Shown in pieces: positions 8,366 through 17,636 of a DNA stretch of 49,231 bases. The translations under genes were made by a program, and so were the position numbers. The DNA is from an uncultured Candidatus Saccharibacteria bacterium. Its GTDB lineage: Bacteria > Patescibacteriota > Minisyncoccia > 1-14-0-10-42-19. Each line of letters starts with the position of its first letter. The first letter of the stretch is position 1. The stretch lies in the NCBI GenBank assembly GCA_964362625.1, contig CAYIFA010000002.1:1-49231 (forward strand). Reading direction: 5' to 3'. Below the pieces are notes generated by a model. The model was given only the letters and a program-made list of their open reading frames with translations. It was not told the origin of the DNA and did no database searches.

Positions 8366-9016
8366 TTATGAATAATCCTGGACGAGGATAAATTCAGTAG
8401 GTTTTTCTTGGGTACGCTTTGTGAAAGACTCTAGACGCTTTTTTAGTTTCTTGGTTCTGTCCAAAACACAAGAATTATTCATTCTCAACTCCACCTTATC
8501 AACAAGGCCGCTATCTCCAATCAAATAATCGTATGGGGATCTAACTTCTAAAGCCCAGCCGACATCCGGTATATAAATAACTATAGAACTACCTCTGACA
8601 AACGCGAGCGCTTCCGTTGCCTCGTAAATAGTAATCGAAGATCTTTTTGCACCGAATATTTCTGATAAAAACTCGAAAATCTTGGCCTCGTAGTAACCGG
8701 ATCCTTTTTGAACCTGCGTTTTTGCCATAGCCGTTGTCTCCCTCGGCTTTTCAGCCGTTTTTTTGTCCGCTTGTTCTGTGATTTCCAAAAGCCTTTTTAA
8801 GAAATCCGTTTTGGATTTGCCTCTCTTGAAGATGGCTATCCAACGAGCGGATTTCAATTCCTCGCCCGTAAGCCCCAGGGTTTCGCCAACCTTGGCAGCT
8901 TCTGACGGCGTGGAACACGCTACACCGACAGCAGTGAGGAATAAGGCCTTTGGATTGTTTATCGCATCTCCCACCATCGAAGCAACGTATGCTTCGCGGT
9001 CGCCTGCAATAGGCAT
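8366..9016 (-). CDS. Hypothetical protein (orphan), start re-assigned
   Basis: The track ORF is 8366..9040. The second ATG (9014-9016, MPIAGDRE...) is preceded by GGAAAGGAGAGCTAAA, an AGGAG about 8 nt upstream, so it is the more likely start. No family was recognised. Confidence 0.6.
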   Translation of the reverse strand: MPIAGDREAYVASMVGDAINNPKALFLTAVGVACSTPSEAAKVGETLGLTGEELKSARWIAIFKRGKSKTDFLKRLLEITEQADKKTAEKPRETTAMAKTQVQKGSGYYEAKIFEFLSEIFGAKRSSITIYEATEALAFVRGSSIVIYIPDVGWALEVRSPYDYLIGDSGLVDKVELRMNNSCVLDRTKKLKKRLESFTKRTQEKPTEFILVQDYS

Positions 9017-9107
9017 TTTAGCTCTCCTTTCCGGACGCATTGTCCAAGGAGCTCTATAGACTTTTTATATTATAGATTAATTTTTGTCAATATGTTGTAG
9101 TCGCCCA

Positions 9108-10268
9108 TTATCCGAAATAAGGCACACGTTTTTGCTTCACGCATTCATAGGCGAAAACATACATTCCGGCTGACCAGGATTGGTAGGGGTTGGAGCCGCC
9201 GATGATTTTTCCGGTGCGGCCGTCGAGCCATTCATAAAAACCGTAATCTTTAACCGGCGCGTTTTTTTTAACGAGCTTGTTGGCTTTGGCGAGCAACCCT
9301 AGTTCACTCTCCGCTTTTTTAAGTTGCCCGGTTTTAACCAACGCCGCCACATAAAATCCTCCGAGAAACGGCCAGATACCTCCATTCAAATAATGATAAG
9401 GTTCGCGCGCTTCGGCATCTTCGAAATAGTCCTTCCACTCTTTGCTCCCACGTTTTATCGGCGGATAAATCGCCTTGCAGGGATAGGGCCGGTTTATTTT
9501 TTCTTTTTCGATGTAGCGCAGAATGGAGGCCGAAATTTTAGGCGTTGCGAGCCCCGAAACAATTGCCATCAAATTTCCGAACGTGTCAAACCAATGTTCT
9601 TCTTCGCGGTATTTGTTATGCGTTTTCCAGATCCACGGCAGGTAATGGCCGTGTTTGGAGTCGTAGAGCGAAAGATATTTTTCAACTTCGCCGTTTATAA
9701 CGCGTTTAATTTTGCCTGCCTTTTTTTTCTTTCCTAAAAAATTAAGCGCGGCAAAATAAAGCGCTTCGGTTGACAGCACCCGGCCGTATTTGTGCGGGAA
9801 GGCGTCCTGCCAGTCCATAGTCGGCTGTTGGACTATTAATTTATCTTCGTTTGGGTCCTGGTAGCCAAGCCAAGCAACCGCGCGCGCAATATTTTTTTCA
9901 TGTTTTTTTTGGAGCTTTTTATTTTTGTAGGCAACGGCGTATACAAAGTGCCCGATTATATACCATAGCGTGGAATCAATCGAGTTAAATGTAATTTTGC
10001 TTTTTCGCTCAATGTTGTAATCGCCAACCGCGTTAGGGATTTGTCCGTGTTCGGATTGGTTTTTTGACAGGACCCCCAAACTTTTTCGGAATGGCTTTTC
10101 AAATTTATTTCCAATTAAAGACGCGCCAAGAGAGGCAACCATGCTATCTCTGGCCCAAGTCGCTTCGTAGCCGCCGGGTAAGCCGGATGCGAAAAATCCG
10201 GCAGGCCTTGCCGCCGTTTCCAGTACTTTTATGGCCGCCAAATATGCGCCGTCAGCTATTTTTTTCAT
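9108..10268 (-). CDS. (alpha/alpha)6-barrel glycoside hydrolase, amylo-alpha-1,6-glucosidase (GDE_C) / neutral-invertase-like
   Basis: ATWARDSMVASLGA, YHYLNGGIWPFLGGFYVAALVKTG and NPYQSWSAGMYVFAYE fit the pattern of six-hairpin glycosidases of the GDE_C type. Confidence 0.65.
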   Translation of the reverse strand: MKKIADGAYLAAIKVLETAARPAGFFASGLPGGYEATWARDSMVASLGASLIGNKFEKPFRKSLGVLSKNQSEHGQIPNAVGDYNIERKSKITFNSIDSTLWYIIGHFVYAVAYKNKKLQKKHEKNIARAVAWLGYQDPNEDKLIVQQPTMDWQDAFPHKYGRVLSTEALYFAALNFLGKKKKAGKIKRVINGEVEKYLSLYDSKHGHYLPWIWKTHNKYREEEHWFDTFGNLMAIVSGLATPKISASILRYIEKEKINRPYPCKAIYPPIKRGSKEWKDYFEDAEAREPYHYLNGGIWPFLGGFYVAALVKTGQLKKAESELGLLAKANKLVKKNAPVKDYGFYEWLDGRTGKIIGGSNPYQSWSAGMYVFAYECVKQKRVPYFG

Positions 10269-10286
10269 GATTCGATTATACTCATC

Positions 10287-10354
10287 ATGACCCTGCCGTT
10301 CGAGGCCCTGATGGGGCCCTCAGGCCATTGCAGGGAGTAATATCGAAGGGTCAT
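10287..10354. other. GC-rich imperfect long hairpin in the intergenic space between two co-oriented minus-strand genes
   Basis: ATGACCCT (10287-10294) pairs with AGGGTCAT (10347-10354). The inner pairs are CCTGC/GCAGG and GAGGCCC/GGGCCCTC. The 3-prime arm overlaps the TGA stop of the 744-aa gene, and no U-tract follows. Confidence 0.5.
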
Positions 10355-12585
10355 GACCGGAGTTTTGATTTAATTTCCGGATCCTCAAAAGTTAATCTAG
10401 CCATCAGGTAGGCAAGGGTAGATTCTGCGCCCTGATTGATGTTCAAACCGGTTTTACCAACACCGTCGTAACAACCGCCGGTATGTTCGTTGTAGACCAT
10501 TAGTCCCAAGTGGTTTTTGCCCAAAAACCATGAAAAGGCCTCAAGGGCGTCTTGGAGATGCTTTTCTTCCCCGGTGGTTTTGAAGGCGATCAGTTTTGTT
10601 TCAGCCATTGCGGCCGCGTCTTCCGGTTGTTGGTCAAAATAGGCGCGATACTTGTTTTTGGCATACCACCCGGATTCGCCGATTGGCGAGTAGTGTTTTG
10701 GCTCAAAGGTGATACTCTCTAAGAATTTCAAAGTTTTTTGAGCCACGCGCAAGTATTTGTGGTTTCTGGTTGCTAAGTACGTTAAGAAGAGCGATTCTGG
10801 CAAGCGGCTGTTGGAATAAGTCAATTGATCCTCAAACCACTGCCAATTGGTAGAAGAATTATCGCGATATAATTTGATTTGGCGGTCAGCCAATTTTTGG
10901 ATGAGCGACATTGCAGCCGGACTTCTGCTTTTCTGAAAACCGACATAGAGTCCGGCTATTGCAAAGGCAACCGAACGCGGCGAAGTTAATTTTTTTACAT
11001 TTTTAAGGGCCTGCGCTAAAAGAACCGAGGATTTAACATGGAGTTTTTTTGGTAATTTTTCGGAATTGGCCGCGGCGCTTAAAGCCAAAAACGACCGGCC
11101 GAAAACATCGCTATCCCGCGTATTGTCGCGTTTGCGTCCGGCGTTGACGATGTTGGCAAAACTTCCGTCCGGACGCGAAACAAATTTGATGAAATCCAGA
11201 TAAGTTTCGATTAAGGGGAGGAGAGATTCGTTTCCGGTAAGTTCAAAGTGCTTTACGGCCACCTGCAATGCCCGCGCGTTATCGTCGGTGCTATAACCCC
11301 AGCGGCGATGCGGTTTGTCATATGTGGCATGCTGCAAAATTCCAAACTCATCAGTCAGGCGGAACACGTGATCGAATTTTATTTCCGGCAATTTCCGTTC
11401 TTCCGGCGAAATTCCAGCGAATTTTTCATAGAGCTTGGCGTAAGAGGCCGCGACATTCGGCCAGGTCATGTGTCTGGTTTCTTCATAGGCGTTTTTATGC
11501 ATATCCATCAGCTTTTTATCATCGGCCAATAGCTTTGCGAGGGCAACAGTAACTGATTTCGAATCATTAAATTTTACTAGCATCCCGTTTTCCCCTTCTT
11601 TTATAATTTCCTTCGCGTATTCGGAGGGCGTGCTGATTGAGGCGCGTCCGCAACCCAGAGCGTAAGAAAGCGTGCCGGATACCGACTGGTTTGGGTTTAG
11701 GGCTGTAGATAAATAAATGTCGGTTGCCTTGAGGTATTTGACAATTTCATCGAGAGTCACATATCTATTGTAAAATTTAACATGGTCCTTGAGGCCGAGC
11801 CGTTCTGTTTCGTTGAGTAAGAAGTTGCGATATTCTTCGCCTTCGTCTCGGAGCACCACCGGATGAGTAGCGCCGACAATAAGATAAATGAGTTCAGGGA
11901 ACTTTTTAATTAAGGGCGGGAGCGCTCCCAAAACATACTCTATTCCTTTGTCGCGGTTAAGCATGCCGAAGGTCGAGAGTACCGTTTTATTTTCAAGGCC
12001 AAGCGCAGATTTCGCAATCTTCGCCGGCTCAAAGTTAGTTTGCGGGATGCCGTGGGGGATGAGTGAGAGTTTCGATTTCGGTATTTGATAGTCGGTTTCC
12101 AGGATCTTTTTGGACCGCGCGTTCATTACCACCAACGCGCGCGCCCGCGCCCCAATAAAGTTGACGGTATCTTTTAGACGTTCGTCGGGAGCTGGCAGGA
12201 CCGAATGCAGTGTGACGATAACCGGTTTTTTAACTGTTTGGAAAAAGGGGACTAAATAATCTCCCCAATTACCGCCAAAGATTCCGAATTCATGCTGAAT
12301 GTTAACCAGCTTTACCGAACGTTGGTTGTTGATTTTTTCGGCAAGTTCCACATAGCTCTTTAGATCATCGGCATTAATCGCGGTCGCGACTGCGCTCGGA
12401 TAATTATAATGAGCGGAGGAATTTTCGTTGAGCGCGATAACTTTGGCTTTGGTCACCGGATTATATTTTTTGTTGAAAGCCGTGATTAGATCGCGTGTAA
12501 AAGTGGCAATGCCGCATTCACGGGGCGGGTAAGTGGCCAGATGCAAGATTGAATTTTTTGTTTTAGTGGCCGCCGAAGGTTGCAT
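10351..12585 (-). CDS. Fusion protein: N-terminal GT4 glycosyltransferase plus a C-terminal (alpha/alpha)6-toroid-like domain
   Basis: The N-terminal half has GT-B/GT4 layout (ILHLATYPPRECGIATF..., HEFGIFGG). The EX7E position reads NQSVSGTLSYALGCGRA, so Q and Y replace E and E. The C-terminal half has YSTDDNARALQ, WQWFEDQLTYSNSRLPE and NQGAESTLAYLMA. Confidence 0.75.
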   Translation of the reverse strand: MQPSAATKTKNSILHLATYPPRECGIATFTRDLITAFNKKYNPVTKAKVIALNENSSAHYNYPSAVATAINADDLKSYVELAEKINNQRSVKLVNIQHEFGIFGGNWGDYLVPFFQTVKKPVIVTLHSVLPAPDERLKDTVNFIGARARALVVMNARSKKILETDYQIPKSKLSLIPHGIPQTNFEPAKIAKSALGLENKTVLSTFGMLNRDKGIEYVLGALPPLIKKFPELIYLIVGATHPVVLRDEGEEYRNFLLNETERLGLKDHVKFYNRYVTLDEIVKYLKATDIYLSTALNPNQSVSGTLSYALGCGRASISTPSEYAKEIIKEGENGMLVKFNDSKSVTVALAKLLADDKKLMDMHKNAYEETRHMTWPNVAASYAKLYEKFAGISPEERKLPEIKFDHVFRLTDEFGILQHATYDKPHRRWGYSTDDNARALQVAVKHFELTGNESLLPLIETYLDFIKFVSRPDGSFANIVNAGRKRDNTRDSDVFGRSFLALSAAANSEKLPKKLHVKSSVLLAQALKNVKKLTSPRSVAFAIAGLYVGFQKSRSPAAMSLIQKLADRQIKLYRDNSSTNWQWFEDQLTYSNSRLPESLFLTYLATRNHKYLRVAQKTLKFLESITFEPKHYSPIGESGWYAKNKYRAYFDQQPEDAAAMAETKLIAFKTTGEEKHLQDALEAFSWFLGKNHLGLMVYNEHTGGCYDGVGKTGLNINQGAESTLAYLMARLTFEDPEIKSKLRS

Positions 12586-13630
12586 GATGCGGGGATGACT
12601 TTTTTAATTCGTTGATTAGCTCGCTGATATTTACTTCGGCAACCGCCACATGAGTGTCGGCAGCTCCATAGTATATATAAAGTTTATCATCAAAAACCGC
12701 GGTTCCGGTGGGGAAAACTACATTGGATACGAAACCGGATTTTTCCCATTCTTCGGTTGGCGAAAAAAGCGGCTCATGCAGGCGGCCGGTAACCAGTTGG
12801 GGATTGTCGTAATCCAAGAGTGCGGCGCTGGCGTGATAAACCCGGCCGAAATTAGTCGCTTCCACTGCATGAAAAATCAATATCCAGCCATCTTTAGTTT
12901 TAACTGGCGGCGCTCCCCCGCCAATGTGCCTGGTTTCAAACCAGTGTTTATTTTCTAAAACCACATACACGGCAAGATTTTTAAAATGATCTGTCCAGAA
13001 ATCCCGGGAAGCAAGATCTGTAAAATCATTAAAGTAGGTTATTTGGATGTCCGGCAAAGTCCGGTGCAACAGAGCGTAACGTCCTTTTATTTTCTCCGGG
13101 AAAAGCACGACGTCTTTTTCCCATAAGAACACATCACGCCCGGCCTCTTCTTCGTAAAAAGAGGAGAAAAGACGGTAAGTGTCTTTTAGCTGAGATTCGT
13201 TAAAAATTTCCTTTATTTCATGATAGCTGATTCGCGGAGTTATGACTCCGCGTTTTTCAAAATGCTTTAGGTCGGTGCTAGTGGCATAAGCGGTGACTGC
13301 ATTTTTGCCGTCATGGGCCACGTAGGTCATATAAAATGTATCTTCAATCTTTACGATCCGTGGATCTTCTACGCCTTTGCTTTCATGATCAAGTTCGCGT
13401 TCGATAATTGGTTTAGCCCAGCGTTCCACTACTTCAGTCGGGCCTTTTAATTTGGCATAGCCTATGCAAGATTCGTGATTTTTGTTTATTGCGCGGTAAA
13501 AAACATGGACATTTTCGTCGTCCTGATACACGCCGGGGTTAAGCACCGCCAGATTTTCAAACTCGAGCTTGGTCGGTTCCAATATCGACCCCAATTTTTT
13601 TACTTCAAGCATGGTAGTATTATTATACAT
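12563..13630 (-). CDS. GH130 family glycoside phosphorylase/hydrolase (beta-mannoside-type)
   Basis: LAVLNPGVYQDDENVHVFYRA, GVEDPRIVKIEDTFYMTYVAHDG and GGGAPPVKTKDGWILIFH. Its 3-prime end overlaps the downstream gene by 23 nt. Confidence 0.85.
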   Translation of the reverse strand: MYNNTTMLEVKKLGSILEPTKLEFENLAVLNPGVYQDDENVHVFYRAINKNHESCIGYAKLKGPTEVVERWAKPIIERELDHESKGVEDPRIVKIEDTFYMTYVAHDGKNAVTAYATSTDLKHFEKRGVITPRISYHEIKEIFNESQLKDTYRLFSSFYEEEAGRDVFLWEKDVVLFPEKIKGRYALLHRTLPDIQITYFNDFTDLASRDFWTDHFKNLAVYVVLENKHWFETRHIGGGAPPVKTKDGWILIFHAVEATNFGRVYHASAALLDYDNPQLVTGRLHEPLFSPTEEWEKSGFVSNVVFPTGTAVFDDKLYIYYGAADTHVAVAEVNISELINELKKSSPHHATFGGH

Positions 13631-13644
13631 ATAACTCTGGTTTT

Positions 13645-15318
13645 ATGAAAAGAAAAATATGGCTTATATTGGCCTTCGCGCTTTTTTTGCGCCTGTGGGG
13701 CGTTGAATACGGCTTCCCGAATTTTCTGATTAGTGACGAACGGGCGCTGGTGTTTGGGGCGTTAAAAATGATTGAATTAAAGACCTTGGTTCCGGCATTT
13801 TATCCGGAAGAATTCCGGCCGCTCTATTATATGCCGTTCATGTCTTATGTTTTTTTGATCTGGCTTTTGCCGTTTTTGGCGATAAAATATGCTCTCGCCG
13901 GGTTCCCGGCACTTGCCGAATTTAAAACCAGTTTAATTTTAGATCCATCTTCTATTTGGATATGGTCGCGGGCATTGGTGGCGATACTGGGGGCTTTGAA
14001 TGTTTACATCGTCTATTTGATGTCCAAAAAAATTTTCTCAAACGAACGCGCAGCGATTTTTTCGGCGGCATTTTTGGCAGTAAGTTTTTTCCATGTCGAG
14101 CTTAGCCACATGACTCGCCATTGGCTGCCGGCGGTTACGTTGACCTATTTAGCTTGGCTATTGATTTTGCATATTCGAGATAGCGACCGACTAAAAAATT
14201 ACATTTGTGGTGGCCTCGTTGCCGGAGCGGCATTCGTCACCAACCCCAGCTCGGTCGCCGTGTTCGTGTCGCTTGCTCTAATGCAGTGGTCAAGGCGCCA
14301 ATTATTAAATAAAAATAATTTTATACTAGTTGGAATATTTTTGTTGTTCGGCGCGGCCTTTATTCTGCTGCATCCGTTCGGAATTACTTTTGCCGAGCCA
14401 ACAAAAGGCGGGCTGGACCCAGCTGGTAGTGTTTTGTGGCGGCTTAGAAACATCTTTGGCATGGGGTTCGTGGGTATTGTTACCAATCTCCAGCTATATT
14501 TCGAAACACTTGTTAAGTATGAAATTTTATTGTTTGTTCTCGCGATACTGGGATTCGGCCTCTCGTACAAATATCGGATATATCGTGTGGAAACCTGTGC
14601 GGCTTTGATCTTTGTCGCGAGCTACGTTCTCGTCATTTTTTTTATGCTCATTTCTTTTTCGCGCCCGGTGGTCATGCTTTTGCCGATTTTCGCGGTTTGG
14701 GCCGGTTTTGCGTTCAATTGGCTTTTTGAAAAGTTTTTACGTACACCAACGTTAAAATGGCTGGCCGTAATTTTAGTGTTTGGCAGTTCATTCGCCTTTA
14801 GCGCGCAATATGATTATTTGATGGGCAAGAAAGATACCCGTTTGATCGCAACCGAATGGATCAATGAAAATATTCCGGCCAATTCAAAAGTTCTGGCCTA
14901 TCTGCCGCACATGCGTCTGCCGAATTCCAAAGAGGGGATTTTAGAGATGCAAAGAATCGACCCCGGAAGCTTGCGTTCCGCCGATTTTGCCCTGCTTGGT
15001 TTAGCGGATGAAAAATATCCGTCGCCGAGCTTTAGTGTTTTGAATCTGCATTTTATTTCTACCAACTTCCGACATCGCAAGTCGGAAGATATTGAATTTT
15101 TTAACGCACTGGGGTACGAATATTTCGTTGTGGAATACGCGGAAGATGGTAAAAGTGATTTAGATAAGGAGGTCCAGGCGCTCGCGAGGCAGAGTAGCTT
15201 AATAAAATATTTCCCTGGTACCTATGATCTCCGCGACGAAATCACCGGCATCTGGCCATGGGATATTTTTAGATATGATTACTTTGGTCCGAATATTGAT
15301 GTTTACGAACTGAAATGA
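13645..15318 (+). CDS. GT-C fold membrane glycosyltransferase (GT39/GT83, PMT/ArnT-like)
   Basis: MKRKIWLILAFALFLRLWGVEYGFPNFLISDE has the first-loop DE motif. About 11 TM segments are followed by a soluble C-terminal domain. Confidence 0.7.
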   Translation: MKRKIWLILAFALFLRLWGVEYGFPNFLISDERALVFGALKMIELKTLVPAFYPEEFRPLYYMPFMSYVFLIWLLPFLAIKYALAGFPALAEFKTSLILDPSSIWIWSRALVAILGALNVYIVYLMSKKIFSNERAAIFSAAFLAVSFFHVELSHMTRHWLPAVTLTYLAWLLILHIRDSDRLKNYICGGLVAGAAFVTNPSSVAVFVSLALMQWSRRQLLNKNNFILVGIFLLFGAAFILLHPFGITFAEPTKGGLDPAGSVLWRLRNIFGMGFVGIVTNLQLYFETLVKYEILLFVLAILGFGLSYKYRIYRVETCAALIFVASYVLVIFFMLISFSRPVVMLLPIFAVWAGFAFNWLFEKFLRTPTLKWLAVILVFGSSFAFSAQYDYLMGKKDTRLIATEWINENIPANSKVLAYLPHMRLPNSKEGILEMQRIDPGSLRSADFALLGLADEKYPSPSFSVLNLHFISTNFRHRKSEDIEFFNALGYEYFVVEYAEDGKSDLDKEVQALARQSSLIKYFPGTYDLRDEITGIWPWDIFRYDYFGPNIDVYELK

Positions 15319-15330
15319 TAGGAATTAAGT

Positions 15331-16455
15331 ATGAAAATCTACTATATCGCTAACGCCCGGATGCCGACCGAAAAAGCGCATGGGATACAGCTAGCCAAGA
15401 TGTGCGAGGCGTTTGTTGCGGCCGGCGCGGATTTGGAGCTGGTGCTGCCAAATCGCAAAAACACAGAAAAATCCATTGAGGGGTTCTACGGGTTAAAACA
15501 AAAAATTCCAATAAAAAAACTTCCAGTTTTGGATGTTTATAAAATGGGCCGGTTTGGCTTTATAGCCGGAACCATTTCATTTATATTTACGGCATTTTTA
15601 TATCTTTCAAAAAAGCGGATTGGCGGAGAAAAAATGGCTCTTTACACAGTGGATATGGATAATTTTTCATATCTCTGGCTGCCGTTTTTGTTTACCCCGT
15701 TTTTTGTGGAATTACATAATGTTAAAACCAGAAATTTCAGAAATAATTTTTGCCTTAAACGCGCTAAGGGCATTATTGCCATAAACAATATTATCCGGGA
15801 GAAATTAATAAAATATTTCGGGTTTGCTCCGGGGAAAGTTATTGTACATCCGAACGGCATTGATCTTGAGAGATATGTTTCATTGCCGTCCAGAGATGAG
15901 GCAAGAAAAATTTTAAATTTACCGATCGGGCAAAAAATCGCTTTGTATGCCGGAAGGATTTATGATTGGAAGGGATTGGGGATTCTTTCTGCGCTCGCGC
16001 TTAAAAAATCCATTATGTTTTATGTCGTCGGCGGGACGAGAGACAACTTAGAAAGTGTGACCGGCGAAAAAATGTCCCACAGCGTTATTTGCGCGGGCCC
16101 CTGTGATTTTCAAAGTATTCCAACTTGGCTCGCGGCCGCCGATATATTAGTCGCTATCGGCACAAAAAATAATCCCTATTCGTATTATCACACTTCGCCG
16201 ATGAAGATTTTTGAATATATGGCTAGCCGCCGGCCGATACTCGCGGCGCGCACTCCGGCGATCGAGCAGATTATGACTGATGAAGAAACCGCTTTTTATA
16301 CGCCGGATGACGCCGGCGATCTTTCAAGCATGATTGAGACGGTGGTTGCTGATCCTGACACCGCGGCGGCTAAAACCGAAAAAGCATACGAAAAAATGAA
16401 AAAATTCTCGTGGGATAATCGGGCGCGTGATATAATGAGTTTTATTGGTTGTTGA
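15331..16455 (+). CDS. Glycosyltransferase family 4 (WbuB-like)
   Basis: YYHTSPMKIFEYMASRRPILAARTPAIEQIMTDEETAFY. Confidence 0.8.
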   Translation: MKIYYIANARMPTEKAHGIQLAKMCEAFVAAGADLELVLPNRKNTEKSIEGFYGLKQKIPIKKLPVLDVYKMGRFGFIAGTISFIFTAFLYLSKKRIGGEKMALYTVDMDNFSYLWLPFLFTPFFVELHNVKTRNFRNNFCLKRAKGIIAINNIIREKLIKYFGFAPGKVIVHPNGIDLERYVSLPSRDEARKILNLPIGQKIALYAGRIYDWKGLGILSALALKKSIMFYVVGGTRDNLESVTGEKMSHSVICAGPCDFQSIPTWLAAADILVAIGTKNNPYSYYHTSPMKIFEYMASRRPILAARTPAIEQIMTDEETAFYTPDDAGDLSSMIETVVADPDTAAAKTEKAYEKMKKFSWDNRARDIMSFIGC

Positions 16456-16490
16456 CTTCAGAGTATTTGTGAATTAGCATAATACTATCA

Positions 16491-16715
16491 ATGACTACCC
16501 AAGTTCTTGTTGAAAAACTTGATAAAGAGGTTGGAGAATTGCGAATGGACATCAATGAAATGAAGCGTTTTCTTTTCCAGCCGCTTAAGGATCCAGAAGG
16601 GGAATACAGAGAATCATTCATCCGAAAGATGTTCAAGCGGTCGTTAAGTTCGAGGCCGTTTACTAGGTTTGCAGACAAAGAATCTTTTTTAAGGCATGTC
16701 CGAAGCAAGAAATGA
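16491..16715 (+). CDS. Putative antitoxin of the adjacent RelE/ParE toxin
   Basis: A 74-aa ORF overlaps the toxin start by 20 nt, the classic TA gene coupling. No family was recognised from the sequence. Confidence 0.5.
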   Translation: MTTQVLVEKLDKEVGELRMDINEMKRFLFQPLKDPEGEYRESFIRKMFKRSLSSRPFTRFADKESFLRHVRSKK

Positions 16716-16986
16716 TGTCATATACGATAAGCATTTTTTGCATGACATCCGTAAACTCCCGGCAGAGTGCCAAGAAAAGCTAGCCGAACTCATAGATTTA
16801 TTGCAAAACGATCCATTTGATCCGCGTTTTCATACTAAGCCCTTAGGGCCGCCGCTTCAAGGGATTTTTTCTTTTCGAATTACCCGCGATTATCGTGTTG
16901 GATTTAAATTTTTGTCAGACCACGTTATCCAGCTGATCGCCGCCGATAATCGTGATAAAATTTACAAAAAATTAAGCCGAAAATAA
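16696..16986 (+). CDS. RelE/ParE-family type II toxin
   Basis: DKHFLHDIRKLPAECQEKLAELIDLLQNDPFDPRFHTKPLGPPLQGIFSFRITRDYRVGFKF...IQLIAADNRDKIY fits the RelE/ParE/YafQ-like pattern and size. Confidence 0.75.
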   Translation: MSEARNDVIYDKHFLHDIRKLPAECQEKLAELIDLLQNDPFDPRFHTKPLGPPLQGIFSFRITRDYRVGFKFLSDHVIQLIAADNRDKIYKKLSRK

Positions 16987-16989
16987 GAC

Positions 16990-17592
16990 ATGGAGAAAGA
17001 TCTGTGGACGCTCAAAATTTATACGCCCGACGGATTTGTTAAAGAAGATATTTTTAGCGGCATAAAAGTTCTGGACGTCGGGTGCGGACAGCGAAAATTG
17101 CTCGGTTCCGTTGGTATGGATATAGTTAAGAATTCATCGGCCGATATTGTCCACGACATGAATAAATCTCCGTGGCCGTTTTCGGATGGGGGGTTTGATT
17201 TGGTTTTCATGAACCACGCGCTTGAGCACGCCGATGATGTTTTGCAGATTCTCGGTGAAGCTTGGCGCGTAACCAAAAGCGGCGGCCGCCTAGTTATCCA
17301 AGTTCCGCATTTCCGGGCGGTTGACGCTTTTGTTGATCCTACCCACCAGCACTTTTTTGCTTCGTATTCAATGGATTATTTTTTGGAGGGAACAAAATTG
17401 TCAGATTACAATTATGTGAATTTTAAATTCCGCAAACTCGGCTTTTGGTACGGCTGGCCGCATCCATCTAAAAATCCGGTTCGCCAGATGATAAAAACCT
17501 TTATCCACCGCTGTCCAATTTTTTATGATCAATATCTTTCTTTACTTCTTCCTACCGAATGCGTTACCTGGGAGCTCGAAGTTGTAAAATAG
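16990..17592 (+). CDS. Class I SAM-dependent methyltransferase
   Basis: VLDVGCGQRKL (motif I), FDLVFMNHALEHADD and SGGRLVIQVPH. Confidence 0.8.
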   Translation: MEKDLWTLKIYTPDGFVKEDIFSGIKVLDVGCGQRKLLGSVGMDIVKNSSADIVHDMNKSPWPFSDGGFDLVFMNHALEHADDVLQILGEAWRVTKSGGRLVIQVPHFRAVDAFVDPTHQHFFASYSMDYFLEGTKLSDYNYVNFKFRKLGFWYGWPHPSKNPVRQMIKTFIHRCPIFYDQYLSLLLPTECVTWELEVVK

Positions 17593-17636
17593 AGATTCAG
17601 TAATAAATTCGGTGCGGGGCAAACCGGCATTGATAA

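Noticed and set aside
17593-17636. A possible terminator hairpin between the convergent methyltransferase and rnj genes.
   Set aside because: Only a stem of about 4 bp (CGGT/ACCG) is present, with no U-tract. This is too weak to call.
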